This document shows, piece by piece, positions 27,615 to 37,006 of a stretch of 64,000 nt of DNA. The notes below the pieces were generated by a model that was not told the origin of the DNA, ran no database searches, and worked only from the letters and a program-made list of their open reading frames with translations. Both the position numbers and the translations under genes were made by a program. Within the stretch, counting starts at the first letter, position 1, and the number at the start of each line of letters is the position of its first letter. This DNA comes from Candidatus Kerfeldbacteria bacterium (lineage in GTDB: Bacteria > Patescibacteriota > Patescibacteriia > UBA10025 > JAHIVO01): assembly GCA_047946875.1 (NCBI GenBank), contig CP181398.1, positions 713,041-777,040 on the forward strand, given 5' to 3'.

Positions 27615-30600
27615 TTATACCTCATCTACGTTAATTATTCTAACCTGCGGACCACCATTACCTCTAGGGATAACCATTAGTTCATCAGCTCCATCACCAT
27701 CTACATCACCTCCAGTTAGATGAACACCACCTAGGAAGGAATGATCAAAAACATAGAAATTTTTTAATAACTCTTCTTGAATATTATAGACTTTAACTAA
27801 GGGAGTGGCATTATCACCTACTCCAATAACTAGCTCTTTAGTACCATCACCATCTGTGTCTACACCCGCTACAGAAACGCCACCTTTGTAGTCTCGATGA
27901 AAAGCATAGAATCCTGGAGAAAGACGATGAATAAGATTACTACGTATTTGAAATATTTGAACATGAGGAGAACCCCATTGTGGACCAGTGATTATTTCAT
28001 CTGCTCCATCTCCATCAGCATCAGCAGTGGTTACATTAATACCTCCTCTAAAATTAACATCATAGGCCATGAAATTAGCTAACACTGTGCCATCGATAGT
28101 ATAAACCAGGACATGTGGCCCACCACCATGCATAGCTGATACTACTATCTCGCTAATTCCATCTCCATGAATATCGCCACAGGCGACATTCACTCCTCCT
28201 GTAAATTTACCATCCAAAACATAAAATCCATCATTAATTACATTACCATAACCATCGAATATTCTAACAAGTGGCCAGCCTCCTCTGCCTTGAGCTGTCA
28301 CTATCTCTTTATATCCATCTCCATTCACATCGCAAGCTGTGACAGTTACACCATTTCGTAAAGCAGAATCATAAGCAAAAAATTGTGCCTTAACAACACC
28401 ATTGCTATCAAAAACTCTAACATGAGGTCCCATCCCCTCACCAGTCCCGACAATAATTTCAGCTTCATCCGATCCCATTATATTTCCTGATGTTACATGA
28501 AAACTACCTCTCAAATTTTGAGCGTGAGTAAAGAAAGAAGAGCCTGCCGCTACTGGCGGAAGTTCAGATCCAGCAGTCGTGTCAGATGTCTTTCCTGAGT
28601 ATTCATAATAAACATTTGGTACGTTACCAGACGAATCAGTAATACCAAGAGCTCTTTCTAATGTAATGACCTGTCCATCAAGATTGATAACCGTAATATC
28701 ATACCAACCAGGCTGTAACAGTGACAAAGGTAAATCTACAGCGATCGAAGAACTATTTTGCACATAGGTTTTGTTTGCAGGAATATCTCCCAGATAAGTA
28801 ACTAGACCATGCATAAAATTTGCACCCTCTACTTTTACTAATAACCCTGAACCACTATCCCAATCTGGATTTACAACTCCAGGAGTCACACTACTTAAGC
28901 CCGGTGCAGGATTTGTATAAGGAGCGTCACCGGTTGTATCAATTTTGAATATCAAATCATTCCAACTGTCCGCAACATAAATTGAATTGTTGGCGGTATC
29001 AGGAGCTAAGCCTTTTAAATTATTAAATTTGGCCTCTGATTGAGTACCCATCTTATATCCTCTCTCTCCAGAACCTGCTACTAATTTTGTTAATCCTGAA
29101 GATACATTTATTTGTCTGACTCTCATAGAGCCACTTTCAGTAAAATATAAATAACCATCTGCTCCAAATTTTATATATTCTGGGTATGATAATGCAGCAT
29201 CAGAACCGATAGCTTCACGATAACCAGCCGACCCAGAACCAACTACCGTGGTAACTGCACTTGTAGCTAAACTTATTTTTCTAATAACATGATTATTTGA
29301 ATCAGCAACATAAATATTGCTACCCGAAGCATCGATAGTCAACCCAAATGGCCTATTGAACATTGCAGCTGATCCAACTGCGTTTGAATATCCAGCCGTA
29401 CCAGATCCAGCTATTAACCATGTTTGTCCATCAGATATTCTAACTTTACGTATTCTATTATTACCTGTATCGCTGACGTATAAATATTGATTATCAGGAC
29501 TTATGACAATCCCAGTTGGTGATTTAAAATATGAACAACCGCTAACCCCAGTTGTTCTAATATCGGACGAACATCTAGTACCTTCTTGGTATCCATTATC
29601 ATCTGAACCCGTAGAATTAATCAATCCAGAACCAGTAACCAAAAATGTACTAATAGGATCAGCTGTAAGATTAACCCCTCGAATCCTATTGTTCCAACGA
29701 TCAACAACATACAATCTTGTCCCTGAAGAATTAATCGTTATCCCTTGAACAGTCGAGAACCTAATTGGCAACACATCATAGTCAGTTCCCTCTCCGCGAT
29801 AATTATCTACACTAGATCCAATCACGTGACTAACCACCCCAGTAGCAACATCAATTTTTCTAACTTTATTATTTTCAGCAACATAAATATATTTACCATC
29901 ACTAGACATCGCCAAATCATAAGGCCGGCCAAATAAAGCTGAAGATGTGGCACCGTTTTTATTGCCCCACCTATCCGAACCTGCAAACAAACTGTTATCA
30001 GCACCATTACTTACATTAAAACGATGAATAGTACCTAAACCGGCATTGGCAGTATAGACATACCCACTATAATAAACTAACCCAGCAGGATAAATCATCT
30101 CTTCCTGAGCAGTGTCTTGATAAATTAAGGATGTTTGTTTTGTAGATAAATTAATTTTTCTAATTCTATCGATAGTCCAATTATCATGATCAGATACATA
30201 AAGTTCATTTCCATTTAATGCTACTCCCCAAACATTTTCAAACTGAGCTGCTGCTCCCACCCCCTCTGTATATCCAGACGTTCCTGATCCAGCAATTACT
30301 GTGATTGCTCCACTAGATGTATTTACAGATACCACGCGATGATTGCCATTATCAGCGACATATAGTGTGCCTCCATCAGTAGAAATATCCATCCGTCTTG
30401 GATCTGATAAGGATGAAGTTAAAGTGGTAACGGTCCCTCCAGCTGTTGAAACCTTCTTAATAGAATTATTTCCAGAATCTGCGATATACAAACTAGTCCC
30501 ATAAACTTTCACACCATAAGGACTGGACAATCCACTACTAACCACAGTGCTGACTGTACCACTTGCAGATATTCTTCTTACTTTAGAATTAGCTGTATCG

Positions 30601-30968
30601 GCTACATATATAGATCCATCAGGACCAATTGCTAATCCACGCGGTAATGCAAATTCTGCAGTAATAGATGCTGCATCTACATAACCATAAGAACCACTAC
30701 CAGCATATGTAGAGACTATCCCCGCACTTGTAATTTTTCTAATAACATTATTATATGTATCAGCTACATACCAATTACCTGATGAATCTCTAATAATGTC
30801 TTCTGCAAAATCAAAATATGCATTTAACTTATCTCCACCGTCGCCTCCAATAATTAATCCAGTATAATTTGATACATCCCCATAAGCTGCCTCTACATCA
30901 GATACACCAACAAAAAAAGCACCCAAGAAGAGCACCAAACTAAAAAAAGTATATAATAACTTTCTCAT
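27615..30968 (-). CDS. Giant secreted protein (1117 aa) with an NHL-repeat beta-propeller region and C-terminal FG-GAP/VCBS repeats
   Basis: Signal peptide. Many YVADxxNNxIRKI NHL-type repeats. C-terminal DxNGDGxxEIV motifs repeated five or more times. Confidence 0.7.
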   Translation of the reverse strand: MRKLLYTFFSLVLFLGAFFVGVSDVEAAYGDVSNYTGLIIGGDGGDKLNAYFDFAEDIIRDSSGNWYVADTYNNVIRKITSAGIVSTYAGSGSYGYVDAASITAEFALPRGLAIGPDGSIYVADTANSKVRRISASGTVSTVVSSGLSSPYGVKVYGTSLYIADSGNNSIKKVSTAGGTVTTLTSSLSDPRRMDISTDGGTLYVADNGNHRVVSVNTSSGAITVIAGSGTSGYTEGVGAAAQFENVWGVALNGNELYVSDHDNWTIDRIRKINLSTKQTSLIYQDTAQEEMIYPAGLVYYSGYVYTANAGLGTIHRFNVSNGADNSLFAGSDRWGNKNGATSSALFGRPYDLAMSSDGKYIYVAENNKVRKIDVATGVVSHVIGSSVDNYRGEGTDYDVLPIRFSTVQGITINSSGTRLYVVDRWNNRIRGVNLTADPISTFLVTGSGLINSTGSDDNGYQEGTRCSSDIRTTGVSGCSYFKSPTGIVISPDNQYLYVSDTGNNRIRKVRISDGQTWLIAGSGTAGYSNAVGSAAMFNRPFGLTIDASGSNIYVADSNNHVIRKISLATSAVTTVVGSGSAGYREAIGSDAALSYPEYIKFGADGYLYFTESGSMRVRQINVSSGLTKLVAGSGERGYKMGTQSEAKFNNLKGLAPDTANNSIYVADSWNDLIFKIDTTGDAPYTNPAPGLSSVTPGVVNPDWDSGSGLLVKVEGANFMHGLVTYLGDIPANKTYVQNSSSIAVDLPLSLLQPGWYDITVINLDGQVITLERALGITDSSGNVPNVYYEYSGKTSDTTAGSELPPVAAGSSFFTHAQNLRGSFHVTSGNIMGSDEAEIIVGTGEGMGPHVRVFDSNGVVKAQFFAYDSALRNGVTVTACDVNGDGYKEIVTAQGRGGWPLVRIFDGYGNVINDGFYVLDGKFTGGVNVACGDIHGDGISEIVVSAMHGGGPHVLVYTIDGTVLANFMAYDVNFRGGINVTTADADGDGADEIITGPQWGSPHVQIFQIRSNLIHRLSPGFYAFHRDYKGGVSVAGVDTDGDGTKELVIGVGDNATPLVKVYNIQEELLKNFYVFDHSFLGGVHLTGGDVDGDGADELMVIPRGNGGPQVRIINVDEV

Positions 30969-31205
30969 AAATATTTATAATTAATTTTTATTTTTATTTT
31001 TTATGCCATTGTATTATAGCACAGTTTTTAATTTTTTGCAAGGGCAAAAAGTAAATAAAAAAGGCGAGGAGTTTTAACACTACCCGCCTTGCAACAAAAA
31101 ATGAAATCAACGAACTAATAAGAAATAAACCGAGACTTACTGACAAACGTCAGTAATAATTGAACAAGACAGTAGTCTCCTTTTTTACATCTTATCTTAA
31201 CCTCA

Positions 31206-32180
31206 TTAGACCTTTGGGCACATCTTGATACTAAAATAAATTGTACCAGATGATACTTTTTCCCAAATGTTTCTCCAGTCAGGACCAACAAATCTAAGAT
31301 TGCTAGATATATATAGCAAACCTCCTTCCTCAATATATATCTTTCGATATTTACCAATTTCAAAGATTTCACCATCTTCACCGACCCTTCCAATCAGAGC
31401 TGCATAATGCCCACTAGGAATAGGAAAATTATCCGGATGAGGTAGATGTGATTTACTACGATCTAGTTCATCGTTTTTCAGATAAGCAACTTTAAATGTT
31501 GCTCCCTCTGGCCCACACGATGTTACTCCATCATTTTTATACAAAGTACTGTTACCACGAAAATGGTGTTTCCCCTTGGCTGAAATTTCCAACCAAGTAT
31601 TATCAGGTATTTGTATATAATAGCATGTCCAATGTGGATGATTCACTTTGTATTCAAATGGCTTACCACTTGATATATCAACCGGTTTTATCAGAGTCGC
31701 TTCTGGAGTTCCCATTAATATTGAATATGACGCTTTACCACCTTGATATAATCCAAAGATTATCGAGGCAAAAATTACCCAATATGTTTGAGTAGTAGTT
31801 GTTTTCCTCCAAAGCATCAAGAGAACACTAGCAACAAGAAATGTACCCAATATCCAATTGCCTAATTCTGAGCTGAAGCGAATGTATCCAGCAATAAAAG
31901 CATATGCAATGATTGCTATGATTAATGGGGGAATAAATCCAACAAAATAATGATCAGCTGATATCTTCAACCAACTCATTTTATTTGATTTCTTTTTTTT
32001 TACATCAGTGTCTTCTTCAGCATTAGCGGCTGTCGTTTCTTCTTCTGGGAGCTCTTTTTTTACTCTTTTCATCCTTTTGGTAATCAAAGGAAAAAACAAA
32101 AGGATAGCTGCCAGAATAATTATAGGAACAGCAATACTGATCTCTGTCCCTGGAATATACGGTATTCCATCAAAATTCAT
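31206..32180 (-). CDS. Membrane protein with a C-terminal beta-sandwich lectin-like (tentatively PA-IL/LecA-like) domain
   Basis: N-terminal TM segments and a K/E-rich linker. The C-terminal ~150 aa loosely resemble LecA (SGHYAALIGRVGEDGEIFEIG compared with CGALVMKIGNSGTIPV). The gene follows the SPFH gene with a 15-nt gap. Confidence 0.4.
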   Translation of the reverse strand: MNFDGIPYIPGTEISIAVPIIILAAILLFFPLITKRMKRVKKELPEEETTAANAEEDTDVKKKKSNKMSWLKISADHYFVGFIPPLIIAIIAYAFIAGYIRFSSELGNWILGTFLVASVLLMLWRKTTTTQTYWVIFASIIFGLYQGGKASYSILMGTPEATLIKPVDISSGKPFEYKVNHPHWTCYYIQIPDNTWLEISAKGKHHFRGNSTLYKNDGVTSCGPEGATFKVAYLKNDELDRSKSHLPHPDNFPIPSGHYAALIGRVGEDGEIFEIGKYRKIYIEEGGLLYISSNLRFVGPDWRNIWEKVSSGTIYFSIKMCPKV

Positions 32181-32195
32181 AACATTTCTCCTTTA

Positions 32196-33938
32196 TCATT
32201 TTTCTGATTTACCAAAACCATGAAACAATCCAGCTAAAGGTCCGAGGATGTTTTTAATTTCTGGGATAGCCCAAATATTAAGATTCAATCCTTGCAAGGC
32301 CTTAGCCACTTCTGGTACTGATTTCTCACCTAAGAGCAAAGCATAAATGAACGGCAATACAGCCTTTGCACTTTCTTTATCTTCAAGAGAAGAAATAGCC
32401 TCGATTTGAGTCTCAAGAGTTATCTTGATTACTTTAACATCAGCCTCACCCATCTTAAGACGGGCATCAGCATCAGCTTCACCAGTCAGTATAGTCGACT
32501 TTGCCTTACCTTCGGCAGCCTCAATAGCAGCCTTCTTCTCACCAACAGCTTTAGCAACCAAGGCTTTAGCAAGCTGCTCATTTGCCTTAATTGCACGTTT
32601 AGCAGCAGCTTCTTGCTTGATTTGATCAGCCACATCCTTCTCTGGATTAATATCAGGTATTTTGGACATTTCAAAACCAATGCCCATATAACCAATATCC
32701 TTCGTCAAAGTTGTGATGATTAACTCACTGAGTGGATCTCTAGAACGTAATGCTTCCATTAGGTCAGGGATCTTATTAGGATCAGCCATAAAACTACGAA
32801 TAGCATCACCAGCAGAAGCTGAAATCATACCTTTATGTTTAGAATCACCTTCTAATTTACCCTCAAGTTTTTCTTTTATCTTTTCAAAATCCCTGCCAAG
32901 ATTGGTAATAACATCTAGAGGTTTTTCAATCCACCACACAACTGTCGTATCACTTTCTACAGTTTGTGGTTCATCTCCGGTAAGCCAAGCCTTATCAATT
33001 GGCACGTTAAAAAATTGCCTAATAGTCGGAAATTTAATAAACTTCATAAGAAAAGGAATTCTTAATCTCCTGCCACGAAAAACTATCATATAGGCACGAC
33101 CAAGAAAAAACTTGATAGCCTGAACGTCCTCACCGATGTCTTCGGAACATGTAAACAAAACTCTAATTAATACCATCCCCAAGATTATGAGGTAAGTTAA
33201 GATATATCCATCACTGTCAGGAATCATGGCCAGACGAGAAAAGAAAAAGATGATAAAGAAAACAAATGAAGTTACCATCGGCATACTGTACTTACGTACA
33301 AGATCCTTTTCGAATTTTACAATTTTCTTTTTTATCTGATCTACACCTTCATTTTTCACTGACTTATAGTCTTCACTTACCGCAACTATATCACCAAACT
33401 CATTTGCTGGAGGTATTATACCGCCATTTTTCTTACAAGGTTCAATAATCTGGTTATAGAACCGATCAGCTTTCTTTTTCTTATCGGCAACTAGTTGTTC
33501 TTGTGTGGTGATAACGTTACGATCAACCTTATCTTGTAAACGCATCTTCTTCAGAATTAACATTTCTGACTCTAATACTGCTAATAAACCACTATGCTCC
33601 TTAATCCTTTTTTTTAAATAGTTTTCTTCTGTACGCAATTGATCTTTATAGCCTTCCACAATATCATCCTGTGGACGAGTACCGAGAAAGAAATACAAGA
33701 CAGCAGTAGGCATCCAAAAAATCAATCCGATTGTTGTAAACAATTCTCTAGCCAAATGATTTTCTGTCGCAATAAACACGCATACAAAAAATCCAAATAC
33801 TGTCCACAAAAAAGAGATTACTAGGGAATTAACAAGAACTTTATCCCAAGTCGTTTTGTTATCCCCAGTCGTTTTGTTAATTTCTTCTTTTTTTGGTTTT
33901 CCTTTTGGTAAATCTGGTAACTTGTACTTGCTCATCAC
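32196..33938 (-). CDS. SPFH/band-7 (flotillin-like) domain membrane protein with an extended N-terminal membrane region
   Basis: SPFH core (TVVWWIEKP...IITTLTKDIGYMGIGFE) is followed by a Glu/Ala/Lys-rich coiled-coil flotillin-type tail (AAKRAIKANEQLAKALVAKAVGEKKAAIEAAEGKAK). Confidence 0.7.
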   Translation of the reverse strand: MMSKYKLPDLPKGKPKKEEINKTTGDNKTTWDKVLVNSLVISFLWTVFGFFVCVFIATENHLARELFTTIGLIFWMPTAVLYFFLGTRPQDDIVEGYKDQLRTEENYLKKRIKEHSGLLAVLESEMLILKKMRLQDKVDRNVITTQEQLVADKKKKADRFYNQIIEPCKKNGGIIPPANEFGDIVAVSEDYKSVKNEGVDQIKKKIVKFEKDLVRKYSMPMVTSFVFFIIFFFSRLAMIPDSDGYILTYLIILGMVLIRVLFTCSEDIGEDVQAIKFFLGRAYMIVFRGRRLRIPFLMKFIKFPTIRQFFNVPIDKAWLTGDEPQTVESDTTVVWWIEKPLDVITNLGRDFEKIKEKLEGKLEGDSKHKGMISASAGDAIRSFMADPNKIPDLMEALRSRDPLSELIITTLTKDIGYMGIGFEMSKIPDINPEKDVADQIKQEAAAKRAIKANEQLAKALVAKAVGEKKAAIEAAEGKAKSTILTGEADADARLKMGEADVKVIKITLETQIEAISSLEDKESAKAVLPFIYALLLGEKSVPEVAKALQGLNLNIWAIPEIKNILGPLAGLFHGFGKSEK

Positions 33939-34103
33939 GAGCCTCCTTCTTTATTAGATTTATTGTTCGTTGTTATTTTTTTGTCAAAGTTCAATGAAAT
34001 AAGCCTTTTTTGCTTATTACCAACTATACATATAATGCACAGACAGCACTAAATCTTAGTATATAATATACTATTTGTCAATAGATATTTTGGGTATAAA
34101 AAA

Positions 34104-34135
34104 AGCGCTGACTAGGGTTAGTAGTCAGCGCTATA
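34104..34135 (-). terminator. Intrinsic terminator for the small membrane-protein gene (AGCGCTGACT...AGTCAGCGCT), T-run on the minus strand
   Basis: A perfect 10-bp stem. The plus-strand A-run (aaaaaaag) gives a T-run on the minus strand. Confidence 0.6.
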
Positions 34136-34169
34136 TTATTTGTAATTAGACCATTATATAATAGTCTAA

Positions 34170-34403
34170 TTAACCTTTTGACTTATCAGGTGGATCTTCT
34201 TCTTTTTGCTTCACAGCTAGATATGTCAGGATACTGGATAATAGCAAAAATCCTCCGATAAAAATACCAGCTTTCCATCCAACCATAGACAGCCACTCAT
34301 AAAGAGCTGTTACACAGCAAATAAAAAAGAAAGTCCAAGATGCTCCAGCAATCCGCCAGTACATCTTTTTGTCAGAAATTTTTTCCGTTTGTGTATCACT
34401 CAC
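34170..34403 (-). CDS. Small two-TM membrane protein (77 aa), possibly an NfeD-like partner of the SPFH protein
   Basis: Two hydrophobic helices. It lies between two SPFH genes. Assignment is by context only. Confidence 0.4.
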   Translation of the reverse strand: MSDTQTEKISDKKMYWRIAGASWTFFFICCVTALYEWLSMVGWKAGIFIGGFLLLSSILTYLAVKQKEEDPPDKSKG

Positions 34404-34437
34404 GGTAAACTCCTTTCAAAGATATAGAGCAGATGCT

Positions 34438-35574
34438 CTAAGTTACAGTTTGAATAAGGTTTTTAACTTCGGCTAATTCCGGCCAATCGTGACTGCTTAA
34501 TTTCTTAAGCAATAAACCAATCTGACCAGCACCCTTCGCTGCAATTTCTTCGATGTCATGTCCACGCATCAGCATGTAGGCATCTTTAAATGTTAGCGGA
34601 CAGCCATTTTGTGTTGCTTCATTCATAAGCATTACAACACGCTGTAGATCGATCTTGATATCAATCATTTCTGAAGCTTTCTCAAATTTTGTCCGAAGAA
34701 TTTGTTGAATATAATCCAACATATCTTTCGGAAGATTAAAATCTTCAAAAGCAACATCAGTGACGATTATACCTCGAGCGTTTAGCCTTTCATTCAATTC
34801 AGCTTTTACAGTATTTGTAATTTTAGTACGAATACTATCAGCTTCCCGTGAATCGTTTAATGAAGCAGCTGGAGCTGTCTGAGCAGATTCCAAATCTTGT
34901 TTGAACAGCTCTTCTAACTCCTGAATACTAAAGCCAAGTACTTGATTGTGCTTATACTTGACCAATTCAACCTCAGCTCGACTTTTACCAATTTTCAGAA
35001 CCATTTTTTCTGCTGCGCCAGGTTCAAGATTAGTTACGGCGAGAAGCAATTTGCCCCATGTCCATGGTTTGTACCAAGTCCATCCAATCTCATTTTCACG
35101 CCTAGCAATATGCCAAACAAGAAAAAGAGTAAATGAAAATGGTATACCATCGTTTCCCATAAAATTCTCATAGGAAAGAGTTTCCGTCTTTTCTCTTGTA
35201 TCAAGCTCAATGATGCCACCAAAAAATGGTGGCATGAAATTCAGCCCTTCTGATACAGCAATAGGTAATCTCTTACCAAAAAATGTCCACACACCTCGAT
35301 GGTATGTTTTTATTTTTGTGATACCAGCTAATAGCGTAAATATCACTATCGGGAAAATTGCTAGATAAGACTTGACCGTAAACAATAAAAAAATACTCAG
35401 AGTAACACCTAAAACAAAAACAAATTCTCGTGTATAAATCACTTTTTTTGCTTTCGTAAAATTAAGCTCTTTACTAGCTTTCTCATCTGTCTGAGAAGTA
35501 GTAATAACCACTTCTGTTCCTAACGATCCTTCGTCAGGTAATACAGTAGTACCATCACCAGGTTCTGATGACAT
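34438..35574 (-). CDS. SPFH/band-7 domain membrane protein (second paralogue)
   Basis: N-terminal TM helices, then an SPFH-like core (GVWTFFGKRLPIAVSEGLNFMPPFFGGIIELDTREKTETL ... ARGIIVTDVAFEDFNLPKDM). Confidence 0.65.
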   Translation of the reverse strand: MSSEPGDGTTVLPDEGSLGTEVVITTSQTDEKASKELNFTKAKKVIYTREFVFVLGVTLSIFLLFTVKSYLAIFPIVIFTLLAGITKIKTYHRGVWTFFGKRLPIAVSEGLNFMPPFFGGIIELDTREKTETLSYENFMGNDGIPFSFTLFLVWHIARRENEIGWTWYKPWTWGKLLLAVTNLEPGAAEKMVLKIGKSRAEVELVKYKHNQVLGFSIQELEELFKQDLESAQTAPAASLNDSREADSIRTKITNTVKAELNERLNARGIIVTDVAFEDFNLPKDMLDYIQQILRTKFEKASEMIDIKIDLQRVVMLMNEATQNGCPLTFKDAYMLMRGHDIEEIAAKGAGQIGLLLKKLSSHDWPELAEVKNLIQTVT

Positions 35575-35782
35575 ACATACCTCCTTGTTTTATATTCAAA
35601 CGTTTATTTCTCTAGTTTTGTATTCAATTGTTAAACAACAATTCAAGATAATTTATCATATTATACCTTTTTTGTCAACCCCTACTCTAATCATATTTAT
35701 CTTGACTAGCATAAAAACACATGATAAACTTTTATGAAAATAAAAACTCAAAACATAGCTCCTTGAAAGAAGGTGATTAAAA

Positions 35783-36124
35783 ATGCAGAAATATTCAATT
35801 AAAATTGCTTTTTCACTGTTAAAAGGTGATTCAAAATGGACAACAACTGCAGAAGCAGCGGAAATCCTATGTGCATTAATAATGGAAAATATTATTGATG
35901 ACTATATGCCAAATTCATTCGAGTTATCTTCAAAAGGCTCGGAAGATAAAAACGTATGGTTTGATTTTAATTTCCAATATAGTCGAGAATTTGAGACCCA
36001 AGCAAAAGCAATTCTTTGGGTTCATGATGCTGAAAATGCAATTATCGCATTATGGAATCAGAAAAAAGATTTTATTGATAATGTATGCTTTGAAAAAGAA
36101 GCCCACACTATTGAACTATCATAA
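35783..36124 (+). CDS. Hypothetical small protein (113 aa)
   Basis: An SD-like AAGAAGGTG lies upstream of the ORF, and the ORF is intact. There is no homology signal. Confidence 0.3.
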   Translation: MQKYSIKIAFSLLKGDSKWTTTAEAAEILCALIMENIIDDYMPNSFELSSKGSEDKNVWFDFNFQYSREFETQAKAILWVHDAENAIIALWNQKKDFIDNVCFEKEAHTIELS

Positions 36125-36185
36125 CAACACGACTAAATAAAAGCTCATTGAAAAAAATATGAGCTTTTTTATTATCCATTTTCTT

Positions 36186-36267
36186 TATTAAGCACCCTAA
36201 AGGGTGTATTCCTATTTATCTTTGTATTAGATCATTGTTCCCTAGAATATATTACCGGATTCCAGCC
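36186..36267. repeat. ~82-bp repeat unit (copy A) containing the 14-bp palindrome CACCCTAAAGGGTG. It is REP/BIME-like, or an IS200/IS605 subterminal hairpin.
   Basis: About 90% identical to copy B at 36866-36945. The palindrome is at 36193-36206, and an extra palindrome copy lies at 36309-36322. Confidence 0.7.
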
Positions 36268-36337
36268 TTCAGGATGTAATGCCACTTTTCCAATAACAAT
36301 AACTTTATCACCCTAAAGGGTGTAATCCTATCTTATT

Positions 36338-36853
36338 TTAAATCGTAAAATCAACAATTGGATAATTTGCAAAACATAAATTCATCCATTCCGTACCCTT
36401 CTTTGCAATCCAATAATCATAACTCGAAAATTGATAACTTTTCAAATTTTTTGTTAATCCGTGCTTAATTGGATTATGATGAATATAATTAAAATGTTTC
36501 CAATAATCAACCTCATTGCGAATACAATAATCCCAATAGTTTTGAAATATTTGACGTCCTTTTTTATTTTCCATTTTATTTATAAGATACGACGTTCTAC
36601 CATGCAGATAATTTATCCTATTAGAAATTGACTTGGCATGCCTAACTTTAAAGAGAATATAATAATGATTCGATAATACAACCCATGCCATTAATTCATA
36701 TCCACCACTTTGGAATTCAGCCTTTAGACTGTTTTGCAATAAAGTCTTTTTTTTGTCATTGTTAAAAATTTTCTGCTTACAATAGATTCTAGCTGTAATA
36801 AAATAATATTGATTATTAATAAATAAATGTGGTGGGTGGTGTATTTTGATCAT
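36338..36853 (-). mobile_element. tnpA: IS200/IS605-family Y1 (HUH) transposase / REP-associated tyrosine transposase (RAYT)-like gene
   Basis: 171 aa. HuH-like LSNHYYILF. The C-terminal conserved Y-motif NYIHHNPIKHGL matches the IS200/RAYT consensus YxHxNPVKxGL. The gene is flanked by palindrome-bearing repeats. Confidence 0.7.
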
Positions 36854-36865
36854 ATATTTTCTTCA

Positions 36866-36989
36866 TTAAGCACCCTAAAGGGTGTATTCCTGTTTATTTT
36901 TGCATTAGATCATTGTTCCCTTGAATGTATTACCGGATTCCAGCCCTGCCTACTCCTCCAAAGGCGGACAGGCGGTAGGCAGGCAGGGG
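36866..36989. repeat. Repeat copy B (36866-36945, CACCCTAAAGGGTG palindrome at 36871-36884) plus an adjacent GC-rich hairpin (CTGCCTAC...GTAGGCAG)
   Basis: A direct repeat of copy A. The GC-rich stem-loop at 36944-36989 is unusual in an AT-rich genome. Confidence 0.7.
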
Positions 36990-37006
36990 TATATTCCTGT
37001 TAATAA

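Noticed and set aside
32406-33093. Several plus-strand ORFs (66-126 aa) inside the flotillin-like SPFH gene
   Set aside because: These are antisense translations of an Ala/Glu/Lys-rich coiled-coil region, with biased composition and no start context.
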